The notes beneath the pieces are model-generated. The model was not told the origin of the DNA. It made no database searches and saw only the letters and a list, made by a program, of their open reading frames with translations. A program made the position numbers and the translations under genes. Below, piece after piece: positions 9,303 to 18,875 of a DNA stretch of 64,000 bases (positions within the stretch are counted from its first letter, which is position 1; the number at the start of each line of letters is the position of its first letter). The stretch comes from Halothece sp. (lineage in GTDB: Bacteria > Cyanobacteriota > Cyanobacteriia > Cyanobacteriales > Rubidibacteraceae), in NCBI GenBank assembly GCA_042218725.1, contig JBDGQV010000061.1, forward strand, positions 1,602 through 65,601, given 5' to 3'.

Positions 9303-12300
9303 ATGGTTAAGTTAGAAGGTTTTTCTGTCCTGCCAGCAGACACATTTGCAGAAGGTCCCCCTGCCGGTGAAAATATCTCTGCCAATGGTTTTGAAGGTCC
9401 TTTTCCGGGACAACCGGTTCAAGGTTTGAGCGGAGTACAACTTCTTGATCAAAACTCTTTCTTTTTCCTATCGGATAATGGATTTGGCAGAAAAGAAAAC
9501 AGTTCTGATTACCTACTGCGCACTTATCAACTCAATCCGGATTTTGCCGGAACAGAAAACGGCGATGCCAGTGTTAAAGTTGAAGATTTTATTCAATTTG
9601 CCGACCCCAATAATGAAATTCCCTTCAACATTCAACAAGAGGGAAGCAACGAGCGTTTGTTAACCGGCTCTGATTTTGATACCGAGTCGTTTGTAATTGA
9701 CGATCAACAAGAGTTTTGGGTAGGAGAAGAATTCGGCCCATTTGTTCTCAACTTCAATCAAGATGGAACGTTGCAACAATCGCCCATTCCCACGCCCAAT
9801 ATCAATAACCTAGATACTTTAAACGGTCAAGATCCGCTCGTTATTGGTCATCGGGGGGCTAGCGGTTCTCGCCCTGAGCATACCTTAGAAAGCTATAAGG
9901 TTGCGATTAAGCGAGGAGCAGACTTTATTGAACCTGACCTTGTGGCCACTAAGGATGGGAAATTAATTGCCCGTCATGAAAACGCTTTAGCGCAAGTCAA
10001 ACTCAATGACAAGGGTGAAATTGTTCGCGACGAAAACGGCGATCCGATTGTCACCCAAGCAACAACCAACGTTGCTGAAATGGAAAAATTTTCTGATCGC
10101 CTCACTGTCAAAGAGGTGGATGGCGAACTCATCGGCGGTTGGTTTAGCGAAGACTTCACCCTAGAAGAAATTAAGCAATTAAAAGCCCGTGAGCGGATTC
10201 CCGAAACCCGCCCCGAGAATACACAATTTAATGACCAGTTTGAGATTCCGACCTTTGGCGAAATCATTGACTTAGTCAAACAAGTTGAGGAAGAAACCGG
10301 AAAGGAAATCGGTATTTATCCCGAAACCAAGCATCCCACTTACTTTAACAAAGAGGGAACCAAACTCAATGGAGAACCCATTGACATGACACTTGGGCAA
10401 AAGCTCATCGATACGCTGGTAGAAAAGAATTTCACCGATCCGAGCCGAATTTTCATTCAATCGTTTGAAATTGCCAATCTCGTCCGACTGCAAGAGGAAA
10501 TCATGCCTAAAGCCGGGGTTGATCTTCCCTTAGTGCAATTGACAGGCGATTTTAATCGTCAATTTATTAATGACGATGGCGGCGGCTTCTCGGTTCCCTA
10601 TGATGTGGTGTATAACTCTAACCCCAACAATCGCGAAGCCAATACAAACTTTTATGAAGACTTTCCCATCAATATCAATGCCAACACTGACTATGGCGAC
10701 TTAGCCAATCCCAAGGTACTGAACTTCATTAGCGATGACTATGCCGAAGGATTAGGCCCTTGGAAAAATAGCTTTTGGCTGCGGGAAAAGTTAGACCAAC
10801 CTGTGGATGCCAATGGCGACGGCAAAGCTGAAATTACCAGCCAATTAACAGGAGAAGTAAGACCCCTTATTGAAAATGCCCATGAGGCCGGTTTGCAGGT
10901 TCATCCCTACACGTTGCGTCAAGAAGAAACCTTCCTCACTTTAGAAGAAGATGGCACCCCCCTTACTCTCGAAGAAGAAGTGGAACGCTTAGTGGGTGAA
11001 TTAGGCGCTGATGGCTTTTTCACCGACTTCCCCGGGGTTGGCGATCGCGTGCGCGATCAACTGGTTGCCGATCAGGTACGCTCTCCCCAAAATCCTGAGG
11101 TTCTCAATGGGGCTGCCGTTGCTAATCTTCCTCGTTCTGGCGGCTTTGAAGGGATGGCCTTTAATCCCGCTCGAACCACAGCCTATCCCATGTTGGAAAA
11201 ATCGGTAACCGGCGACCCTGATGATGCTCGGCGTATCTACCAGTTTGACCTCAATCAAGGGGAATATGAAGGATTAGCCGGCTTTTATCGCATGGAAGAT
11301 CCCAGTCACGCGATCGGTGAGATTACTCCTATTAACGAGAATGAGTTTCTCGTCATCGAACGAGATAGCAAGCAAGCCGAAAATGCCGAATTCAAGAAAA
11401 TTTTCAAAGTTGATCTCTCCCAAGTTAACCGCCAAGGCTTTGTTGAAAAACAAGAACTCGTTGATTTACTTAAGATCGACGATCCTCAAGATTTAAATAA
11501 TGACGGCAGTCAAAGCTTTTCTTTCCCTTTCCTTACTATTGAAAGTGTGGTAGTAAAAGATAAGAATAGTATTGTCGTCGCCAATGACAATAATTTCCCT
11601 TTTACGAAAGGACGACCCCCGGAAATTGATAACAACGAAATTATCCAGCTTCAACTCGACAAACCCTTGGATTTAGATCCGCGTTTAGGCGTTGATGGGC
11701 TGGATGAACCTCTTCAACCAGAGCAAAAAGCCGGGAAGTTGGCACAATTAAATATGTTTGAAACGGGATTTGAAGGGGGAACTGCTGAAGGCGATCCCCT
11801 GGAGATTCCCGCTACCGATCCTGCCGGCATTGCCTATCATGATTCTTCCGGTCATCTCTTTTTAGCAGATTCTGAGATTTCTGAACTGGGAATTGTCCCT
11901 GACAAGGTCTCTGGCAATGTCTTTGAAGTTTCCCGGGATGGCAAAAAACTAATTCGTTCTTATGATCTCACTGATGAGGCAACTGGTGCGGTTAATGATG
12001 AACCCACTGGCATTACCTTCGATCCAGTCAGCGATCGCTTCTACGTTAGCAACGACAATAGCAATCAAATTTACCGCTACAAGTTGCAATCGGAAGGCGA
12101 GAATGCTTCCTTTGCGGTTGAAGATACCATTTCCTTAGAGCAGTTGCAGGAACAGGCGCCGTTGAACTTGGCAGATAGCTTGACGGGAGACTTTGAAGGC
12201 GTTGCCGTTAATGCCGATTCCGGCCGCATTTATGCTGTTGACGGTTCTGGCACAAGTGTCGTCACATTGCGCTATGACCAAGGGTTTGAATTTATCAACA

Positions 12301-12803
12301 GCTTCCAACTCAATTCAGGAAGCCAGGAAATTGTTAGTGACCCCGAAGGTATTTCAGTTAACCCGGAAACTGGCAATCTCTTTATTGTTTCAGCAACAGA
12401 CAATGTCATTGCCGAATATACCCCGCAAGGCGATTTTCTACGTGAATTTTCGCTCGATAACCTATCACCTTCGCAAATCGCTGCCCAAGGGTTGGCATTT
12501 GGGGCTTTTTCTGCCTCAACTAATAATCCGATAGATAGCCTCTACATTGCTGATGGAGGGGTTGATAATAATGATGATCCTGACGAGCGGGATGGTCGCG
12601 TTTATGAAACCAAACCGATTCCAGGGCCATCAAATGCCAATCCCGGTATCCCTGAGGAGGAGATTGATCTCTCGATTGAATTGGGATTGGGACGTCGTTT
12701 CGATGATTCCCAAGAGGGCAATAATCCCTTCACACCTAACGGTGAAGCCGATTTAGACCTTTCACAAGGCCCCAATCTTGAGGAAGTTGGCGGCTTGGGC
12801 TAA
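9303..12803 (+). CDS. Multidomain organophosphate-scavenging enzyme: phytase-like (esterase-like activity of phytase) domain split by a GDPD domain, plus C-terminal SdiA-regulated/YjiK-like beta-propeller
   Basis: QGLSG...LSDNGFG...FDTES...EEFGPF (phytase-like, first half); IGHRGASG-RPEHT, DFIEPD, IYPETKHP, FIQSFE, VHPYT and FFTDFP (GDPD); SGGFEG...ANDNNFP (second half); repeated DPAGIAY/EPTGITF/DFEGVAV/DPEGISV blades. RBS AAGGAG is upstream. Confidence 0.85.
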   Translation: MVKLEGFSVLPADTFAEGPPAGENISANGFEGPFPGQPVQGLSGVQLLDQNSFFFLSDNGFGRKENSSDYLLRTYQLNPDFAGTENGDASVKVEDFIQFADPNNEIPFNIQQEGSNERLLTGSDFDTESFVIDDQQEFWVGEEFGPFVLNFNQDGTLQQSPIPTPNINNLDTLNGQDPLVIGHRGASGSRPEHTLESYKVAIKRGADFIEPDLVATKDGKLIARHENALAQVKLNDKGEIVRDENGDPIVTQATTNVAEMEKFSDRLTVKEVDGELIGGWFSEDFTLEEIKQLKARERIPETRPENTQFNDQFEIPTFGEIIDLVKQVEEETGKEIGIYPETKHPTYFNKEGTKLNGEPIDMTLGQKLIDTLVEKNFTDPSRIFIQSFEIANLVRLQEEIMPKAGVDLPLVQLTGDFNRQFINDDGGGFSVPYDVVYNSNPNNREANTNFYEDFPININANTDYGDLANPKVLNFISDDYAEGLGPWKNSFWLREKLDQPVDANGDGKAEITSQLTGEVRPLIENAHEAGLQVHPYTLRQEETFLTLEEDGTPLTLEEEVERLVGELGADGFFTDFPGVGDRVRDQLVADQVRSPQNPEVLNGAAVANLPRSGGFEGMAFNPARTTAYPMLEKSVTGDPDDARRIYQFDLNQGEYEGLAGFYRMEDPSHAIGEITPINENEFLVIERDSKQAENAEFKKIFKVDLSQVNRQGFVEKQELVDLLKIDDPQDLNNDGSQSFSFPFLTIESVVVKDKNSIVVANDNNFPFTKGRPPEIDNNEIIQLQLDKPLDLDPRLGVDGLDEPLQPEQKAGKLAQLNMFETGFEGGTAEGDPLEIPATDPAGIAYHDSSGHLFLADSEISELGIVPDKVSGNVFEVSRDGKKLIRSYDLTDEATGAVNDEPTGITFDPVSDRFYVSNDNSNQIYRYKLQSEGENASFAVEDTISLEQLQEQAPLNLADSLTGDFEGVAVNADSGRIYAVDGSGTSVVTLRYDQGFEFINSFQLNSGSQEIVSDPEGISVNPETGNLFIVSATDNVIAEYTPQGDFLREFSLDNLSPSQIAAQGLAFGAFSASTNNPIDSLYIADGGVDNNDDPDERDGRVYETKPIPGPSNANPGIPEEEIDLSIELGLGRRFDDSQEGNNPFTPNGEADLDLSQGPNLEEVGGLG

Positions 12804-12836
12804 GTATCGAATCTGCTAATTTCCATAAATGAACAA

Positions 12837-12882
12837 GCCGAGGGAAAGTTAACTATAGATTTTCTCTCGGTTTCACTTTTTA
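12837..12882. terminator. Possible bidirectional terminator hairpin between convergent genes
   Basis: CCGAGGGAAA...TTTCTCTCGG stem (with G-U pairs) and a long loop, followed by a T-rich tract. Confidence 0.4.
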
Positions 12883-12911
12883 AATCATGGTGTTTCCAAT
12901 AATTGCTGTTA

Positions 12912-14003
12912 TTAATACTGAATTAATTGTTTCACCAATTCTGCCGTTCCTGGTGCCAGCAACACCCCATTGCGATAGTGTCCTGTGGCGAGAATCACAT
13001 TATCATATCCTTCTAGATATTCAATCACTGGGGCAGCTTGTCCCTCGGGGCGCGGTCGTTTTCCAGACCAGGTTTCAAGAATTTCTGCCTGTGCCAAGGG
13101 TGGACAAAAGGCAATGGCTTTCTCCCAGACGCTGTCCAATAACTGTTTCTCTGCTTCGACATTTCCTTGCTCATCGGGAAATTCAACAGTGGCACCCACC
13201 CAATATTCACCCTTTCCGAGAGGAATGACATGGATATCATCCCCAGTGACGACGGGCTGAAATTCACTCGTTGTTAAGTCTCTGTCTAAGCGAACGCGCA
13301 TCGCTTGCCCTAACACAGGAGACAAGGTTAGGGAAGGTTGCAGTTGACGAGTGAGGGGAAATGAGCCCAACCCTGCCGCAACAATTAAGTAATCGGTTTC
13401 CCAGTCCCCTTGGTTGGTATGGAGGGTGTGGCAATGGCGGCCCTTGCTATCTTGGCTGACAGATACGTTGGTCGCTTCTACTCCCCAGTGACAACTCACG
13501 CCATTTTGTTGAGAAGCCTTAATTAGAGTATGCGTCAAGGCTTTGGGGTGAACTTGAAAATCTTGGGGAGAGTAAATCGCGCCCGTTAAATTGGCAGTTT
13601 CAATATAGGGACAATGATTTTGCAGTTGCGGAACATCCCAAACTTCTAAGTTCCACCCTTGAGAATGGCGTAAACTGGCTAATTCTTCTGCTTTATCCTT
13701 CTCTTCCCGGGAAAAGCAGAGATGCAACAAGCCTTGGACTTGGGGAACGCGATCGCCGGTTTGTTCGCTGATTTCTGCCAGCAATTGCGGATAGCGGCGT
13801 ATACTGGCTTCTCGCAATTGCCAAGCGCGTCCTTTGGTTTTTTGGCTAATAATGCCCATCAACAGCCCCAAAGCTGCGCCGGTTGAGGCTTGAGCCGGGG
13901 CCTCTCGATCAATTAGGGCGATCGAAAGCTGGGAATTTTGGCTAAGTTCGTAGGCGATGGTTGCACCAACAATGCCACCGCCAATAATGACTACCCGTTT
14001 CAT
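12912..14003 (-). CDS. FAD-dependent oxidoreductase (DAO/glycine oxidase family)
   Basis: IIGGGIVG dinucleotide-binding motif, WSGKRP, LATGHYRNGVLLAP; ATGA overlap with the psbQ stop. Confidence 0.88.
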   Translation of the reverse strand: MKRVVIIGGGIVGATIAYELSQNSQLSIALIDREAPAQASTGAALGLLMGIISQKTKGRAWQLREASIRRYPQLLAEISEQTGDRVPQVQGLLHLCFSREEKDKAEELASLRHSQGWNLEVWDVPQLQNHCPYIETANLTGAIYSPQDFQVHPKALTHTLIKASQQNGVSCHWGVEATNVSVSQDSKGRHCHTLHTNQGDWETDYLIVAAGLGSFPLTRQLQPSLTLSPVLGQAMRVRLDRDLTTSEFQPVVTGDDIHVIPLGKGEYWVGATVEFPDEQGNVEAEKQLLDSVWEKAIAFCPPLAQAEILETWSGKRPRPEGQAAPVIEYLEGYDNVILATGHYRNGVLLAPGTAELVKQLIQY

Positions 14004-14470
14004 GTGGTTTCACTCGGTTTCGATTCTGGTTCTGGAAGCAATCCTAGGTAGTTGTCAAAATCGCGAAGGGCGCGATCGTAGCTTTGTAAAGCTTGAGAAT
14101 AGGATTCATTATCAATTGCAGCATCTAGTCGTTCTAAATCTTTAAATAATTCTTTCGCAAAACTTTGCGCCTGTTCTTGGTCTTGCGGCAATAAGTTGCG
14201 AGTCACATAACTCATTTCTCGACGTAAGCCTCCCAATGGTCCATGGATTAAACTGCTGGCATCAGACCATCTTTTGTCTTTCAACAGGGATTCCAGTTCT
14301 GTGAGGCGTTTCCGTGCTTGTTTAACAGGGGTTGCAGATTGTTCAATTTGTTCAATTTGTTCACTGCTATAAGTGGGAGGAGGAGTACTTTCATTGGCAC
14401 CGCCGCAACTGACAAGAACGATTGCGACGAAAGCGAGTAAAAGGGATATAATAGAGCGTTTAATTACCAT
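14000..14470 (-). CDS. psbQ: Photosystem II extrinsic lipoprotein CyanoQ
   Basis: Lipobox LVSC, PPTYSSEQIEQI, LIHGPLGGLRREM, LLPQDQ..A...AKELF.DLERLDAA. Confidence 0.92.
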   Translation of the reverse strand: MVIKRSIISLLLAFVAIVLVSCGGANESTPPPTYSSEQIEQIEQSATPVKQARKRLTELESLLKDKRWSDASSLIHGPLGGLRREMSYVTRNLLPQDQEQAQSFAKELFKDLERLDAAIDNESYSQALQSYDRALRDFDNYLGLLPEPESKPSETT

Positions 14471-14546
14471 GACCGTTAATCGTGAAAGCCTGATCTAAGT
14501 TTCTATAAAATTAGGATACCAACTCGTGTGTCTTCTCCTGAATGGT

Positions 14547-15425
14547 TTAAATGATTTGTTGCCGTAGAAAGGTCAGTAGAATGGGACTAATTTCATCTGA
14601 CCAATGTTGTTGCGGATAATGTTTTGCTTGTTCCAGTTTTGCCAGACGAATGTTGCGATTTTCTTTTGCTAGGGCTTCAGGAACATCAGCGGATAACCAA
14701 GGGTCGCCCATTCCCCAAATGATTTTTGTGGGCTTGTCCCAACTTTGCCAACCCGTTTCAATTTCTTGCATAGCTTGGCGAAGATTGAGGTTTTTGATAG
14801 TCGCTAAGAGGGAACGTCCCGCTTTTGAGTCTTTTAAAAACGGTTGTCGATACCTTCCTAATTCCTTATCTGAGATGACGTAGCCGCTGCCTCTTTCCAA
14901 AGCGCGATCGACTAATAAAGGATCTTGGGTTAACATGTCTCCCATCAAGGGAAATCCCCATTGACGCATCAGCCAAGGAAGACGAGCAGCAGAAGATAGC
15001 GGCGTATTTAATATTGCCAACCGCTCAATTTGTTCGGGATGGCGAAAGGCATATTGCAATCCCACGGATCCTAAAAAGCCTTGAACCACTAAATGAAACT
15101 GAGAAATCTCTAAAGCCGTTAACAGTTCCTCTAATTGTGCAAGATAAGCCCCTGGCGTGTAGGAAAATTCACGGGGTGAGGGTTTAGCGGAAGCCCCCTC
15201 TCCCAACCAATCTGGGGCATAAGCCGTAAAGCCGCTTTCTGCCATATCTTGCAACAGTCTCCCCCAACAATAGCTATGGGCAAGGAGGCCATGCAATAAC
15301 ACTACAGGTGTACTTTCCGTTTCATTGCGAGGAAGGGCATGACGATAGAACCATTGTTGGTCATTAATGGCAATGGTTTTTTCTTGAATTTCAATCATCT
15401 TGGAATTTAACGTCTTTTTCCCCAA
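14547..15425 (-). CDS. Alpha/beta fold hydrolase
   Basis: VVLLHGL, APDWLGEGAS.KP, IIWGMGDPWL, AKHYPQQH; the true start may be a few codons downstream (MIEIQE). Confidence 0.88.
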   Translation of the reverse strand: MGKKTLNSKMIEIQEKTIAINDQQWFYRHALPRNETESTPVVLLHGLLAHSYCWGRLLQDMAESGFTAYAPDWLGEGASAKPSPREFSYTPGAYLAQLEELLTALEISQFHLVVQGFLGSVGLQYAFRHPEQIERLAILNTPLSSAARLPWLMRQWGFPLMGDMLTQDPLLVDRALERGSGYVISDKELGRYRQPFLKDSKAGRSLLATIKNLNLRQAMQEIETGWQSWDKPTKIIWGMGDPWLSADVPEALAKENRNIRLAKLEQAKHYPQQHWSDEISPILLTFLRQQII

Positions 15426-15450
15426 CCTACAGCAATTTCTAAAGGTTTGC

Positions 15451-16200
15451 TTAAACTTGTATTAACTTTTTGCCTAAAGCCACATCAAAGTAGGTATGGT
15501 CAAAGGCGCGATCGTCTTGATAAACCGTAAAGGGCTGATTCGGTTCGCCTAAATGATTTAAGACCGCTGTTGCTTCAGAAAAATCCTGATGATGGGTGTA
15601 ATTGTTGAAGGTAACAACAGTTTTTAAACCGGCTTGCGTTGCTGCAGTAACGCCATGTTGCGAGTCTTCAAACACTAAACAGGTTTCAGGAGGCAACTGC
15701 ATTTGGTCTAAGACATAATAATAAATATCGGGAGCAGGCTTTTTGTTCGCTACCACATCGCCGGCAGCAATGAGTTCAAAGTAGTCATGGGGATTAAGGC
15801 GAGTTTCTAAAAGCGCGATTGTGTTTTCTAGAGAACTTGTCGTCGCGACTGCCAAACGAATGCCATGATCGCGCGCTTCATCGAGGAGACGTTTAACTCC
15901 TGGTCGTAAGGGAATATTTCCTTGTTGTAGCAATTGACGGTAGTGATGACTTTTTGACTGGTGTAGCTGTTGGATAAACTCGGTTTGGTTTTCAGGAAGC
16001 GCCTGGTCAGATAGATAATAGGTCATGTAGTGGCGAATGCGTTCTTTGCCGCCAGAAATCGCTAACAGTTCACCATAAAGCGATTCCGACCAATGCCAGT
16101 CTAAGCCTGCCTCGGCAAAGGCACGGTTAAATGCCACCCGATGGCCATCGCGTTCTGTTTCAGCTAAGGTGCCATCAACGTCAAAAATAAAGGCAGTCAT
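15451..16200 (-). CDS. cbbY: HAD-IA family hydrolase, CbbY-like
   Basis: FDVDGTLAETERDGHRVAFN.AF, GGKER, RPGV.RL, KKPAPDIY, FEDS. Confidence 0.85.
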   Translation of the reverse strand: MTAFIFDVDGTLAETERDGHRVAFNRAFAEAGLDWHWSESLYGELLAISGGKERIRHYMTYYLSDQALPENQTEFIQQLHQSKSHHYRQLLQQGNIPLRPGVKRLLDEARDHGIRLAVATTSSLENTIALLETRLNPHDYFELIAAGDVVANKKPAPDIYYYVLDQMQLPPETCLVFEDSQHGVTAATQAGLKTVVTFNNYTHHQDFSEATAVLNHLGEPNQPFTVYQDDRAFDHTYFDVALGKKLIQV

Positions 16201-16213
16201 ATTTAATCCGTCA

Positions 16214-16684
16214 TTATTCGTAATTGGCTGTTTGCAAAGACTTCATGTGCAAGTTTTCTAAAGCATTGGCTTCCCCAATATTTCGTTCTCGGAAAAACTG
16301 AATCATCTTGCGGTCTTGTCCTTGAATATGATGCACTAGCCATTGATGGAGAAAGTGAGATAGTTCGCTATTGACTAATGTGGGATCTTCGTTTGCTTCG
16401 AGACGGTGAAGGACTTTACTCACTTTATTGGTTAAGCGATCGTGAATCTGTTTATGCTGATCGTAGTAAGGATAATCATGTTCCTTCATCAAATCTTCTT
16501 CTAGGGTAAAGTGCTCAATCGTGTCGTTGAGCAATTCTCGCAACAGCTGTTTCAGGGTAGCTTGGTCTGTTCCTTCTGCCATGGCTTGGCTTAGTTCATT
16601 CACTAGGGCAAACATCTGTTGATGTTGTTGATCAATAATGGGGAAACCAGTTTCGTATTCGTCAGACCAATGAGCAATTTGCAT
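16214..16684 (-). CDS. Single-domain bacteriohemerythrin
   Basis: W.DEYETG..IIDQQH, EHFTLEE, YP..DQHKQIH, WLVHHIQGQD; all seven di-iron ligands are present. Confidence 0.93.
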   Translation of the reverse strand: MQIAHWSDEYETGFPIIDQQHQQMFALVNELSQAMAEGTDQATLKQLLRELLNDTIEHFTLEEDLMKEHDYPYYDQHKQIHDRLTNKVSKVLHRLEANEDPTLVNSELSHFLHQWLVHHIQGQDRKMIQFFRERNIGEANALENLHMKSLQTANYE

Positions 16685-16769
16685 GATGAGACTCTAATTA
16701 GAACAAGTACGTTGAATTTCAAGCCTACATCTTAACCAAATTCCGGTGATTTGAAAATAGTGCCCTGAT

Positions 16770-16787
16770 TTTGTTAATAAATGTAAC
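16770..16787 (-). promoter_or_regulatory. HLR1-like (RpaB) direct repeat upstream of hemerythrin
   Basis: The minus strand reads GTTACATT-TA-TTAACAAA, one mismatch to (G/T)TTACA(T/A)(T/A)-N2-(G/T)TTACA(T/A)(T/A). A candidate -10 TAAGAT is at 16734-16729. Confidence 0.5.
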
Positions 16788-16790
16788 AGG

Positions 16791-17195
16791 CTAAACAGCA
16801 CTCGCTTCCTGATCTAAAATATTTTTCTCTCTGAAAAAGCGAATCATTTTTGGGTCTTGACTTTGAAGATAATCAATCAACCAGCGCCTTGAAAAATGAG
16901 ATAGCTCGATGGTAAGCAAGCGATCGCGACTGGAAACTCGATCAGCAATTTCTTTCACTTCCCGCATCAATTAATTATAAACCTTTTTATGTTTTTAATA
17001 TTAGGGATATTCCGGCTCTAAAATTAATTGTTATTCCATAGGAAAGTGTCCTGCCTTATCCTCAATCATTTCATCTAAAGTTTCTTTGATAACATTCTTG
17101 CCATGCCCTTTAATCATATTAAATAGATGTTGGTGTTGTTCATCAACTTAACTAAAATCAGTTTTCTATTCCAGTCGCCAAAATGGAATCCTAAT
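16791..17195 (-). pseudogene. Hemerythrin pseudogene (tandem paralog), six in-frame stops
   Basis: One frame reads FWRLE*KTDFS*VDEQHQHLFNMIK...GHFPME*QLILEPEYP*Y*KHKKVYN*LMREVKEIADRVSSRDRLLTIELSHFSRRWLIDYLQSQDPKMIRFFREKNI, colinear with the intact neighbour. Confidence 0.85.
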
Positions 17196-17442
17196 AAGCG
17201 TTTTCCGATTGATTTTGCATTAATTATTTTGTATATACAATAACTAGAAATCTATAAAACTAGATCGTATTGTCGTAAAAATAGTCTAAGATTCAACATT
17301 AATAATCTGCTCTTCTATCTACAATTGTGAAAGATAAAAATTAATCAAAAATTAAATCTTAAAACTGTTTGAAAATCTAATTACAGTAGCGGATTCAATG
17401 GTTATCATGTAACAGTGCTTCACAGTTTTGTCGGGAGGAAGA

Positions 17443-18873
17443 ATGGATTTTCTATCAGATTCAGTTTCATTATCACGGATGCAATTTGCTCTGACTGCCA
17501 TTTTTCACATGCTTTGGCCGGTATTAACCACAGGAATGTCTATTTATTTAGTAGTGGTAGAAGGGATGTGGTTAAAAACCCGTAACCCCGACTATTACTA
17601 TCATGCGCGTTTCTGGTCAAAGTTATATGTGCTGAATTTTGGAATTGGTGTGGCCAGCGGGGTTCCCATGGAATTTCAGTTTGGGACTAATTGGGCCCCA
17701 TTTTCGGAAGCAGTGGGAGACTTCTTTGGCAGTATTCTCGGTTTTGAAGCATCCATGGCCTTTATGCTAGAGGCTGGTTTTCTAGGCATTATGCTTTTTG
17801 GTTGGGGACGGGTTCCCCCTGTGATGCACTACATTGGAACGATTATGGTGGCCTTTGGGGCGAATTTGTCCACCTTTTGGATTTTGACCGCCAATTCTTG
17901 GTTGCAAACCCCTGCCGGTGGGGAATTAGTTGACGGCAAGTTTGTGGTCACCGATTATTTTGAAGCCATTTTTAATCCCTTTATGGTCAATAGTGTTCTC
18001 CATATGTTCTTTGCCACCCTGGAGACCTCATTATTTGTGATTGGCGGCATTAGCGCTTGGTATATTTTGAATCGCAATCAACGGTATCAAGAATTTTTTG
18101 CGCGATCCTTCAAGATTGTGTTAGCTGTCGCGATCGCGGTCGCCCCCTTACAAATCTACATTGGCCACCTCAGCGGCGAACAAGTCTATCATCAACAACC
18201 CACGAAAATGGCAGCGATGGAAGCCCAGTGGGATACTGCCCCCGGCGGAAAACCCGCTGATTGGAGTTTAGTAGCAATTCCCAATAGCAAAGCCGAACGC
18301 AACGACTGGGAAATTTCCATTCCCAACGGACTAGGCTATATCTTGGAATTTAAGAAAAATCTCTCGGAACCGGTTAGAGGCTTGAAAGAATGGAACCCCC
18401 AGAATCGTCCGGGAATGGTCGGTTTAATTTATTACTCATTTCGAATTATGGTGGGAATCGGCTTTCTCTTAGCCGGACTCATGGCAGCAACCGTCATCCA
18501 GTGGTTGCGCGGCAAACTCGCCTCAGCCCAAATCGCCAATCAAAAATGGTTGCTCATTGGTTGGATGTTCGCTGCCCCCCTAGGTTATATTGCCATTGAA
18601 GCAGGTTGGATTGTCCGTTGTGTGGGACGACAACCTTGGACCATGTATGAAGAAATCCGCACTGTAGACGCGGCCTCGAACCTTCCCCCGGAAGAAATTT
18701 TAACCTCGCTGGTCGGATTTACCGGTGTGTACAGCCTCTTGTTTATTTCTGCCCTATTCTTCGGCAGCCGGATTATTCGCCAAGGACCCAATTTTGATTT
18801 GCCAATTCCCAAAGACTCCTTGCAACCAACCCCTGTCGAACATACCCCTGATCGTCGTCCTGTAGAAAATTAA
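17443..18873 (+). CDS. cydA: Cytochrome bd ubiquinol oxidase subunit I
   Basis: LSRMQFALTAIFH, NFGIGVASG..MEFQFGTNW, QPTKMAAME, EAGWIVRCVGRQPW; ATG at 17443 follows RBS GGAGG. Confidence 0.96.
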   Translation: MDFLSDSVSLSRMQFALTAIFHMLWPVLTTGMSIYLVVVEGMWLKTRNPDYYYHARFWSKLYVLNFGIGVASGVPMEFQFGTNWAPFSEAVGDFFGSILGFEASMAFMLEAGFLGIMLFGWGRVPPVMHYIGTIMVAFGANLSTFWILTANSWLQTPAGGELVDGKFVVTDYFEAIFNPFMVNSVLHMFFATLETSLFVIGGISAWYILNRNQRYQEFFARSFKIVLAVAIAVAPLQIYIGHLSGEQVYHQQPTKMAAMEAQWDTAPGGKPADWSLVAIPNSKAERNDWEISIPNGLGYILEFKKNLSEPVRGLKEWNPQNRPGMVGLIYYSFRIMVGIGFLLAGLMAATVIQWLRGKLASAQIANQKWLLIGWMFAAPLGYIAIEAGWIVRCVGRQPWTMYEEIRTVDAASNLPPEEILTSLVGFTGVYSLLFISALFFGSRIIRQGPNFDLPIPKDSLQPTPVEHTPDRRPVEN

Positions 18874-18875
18874 TC

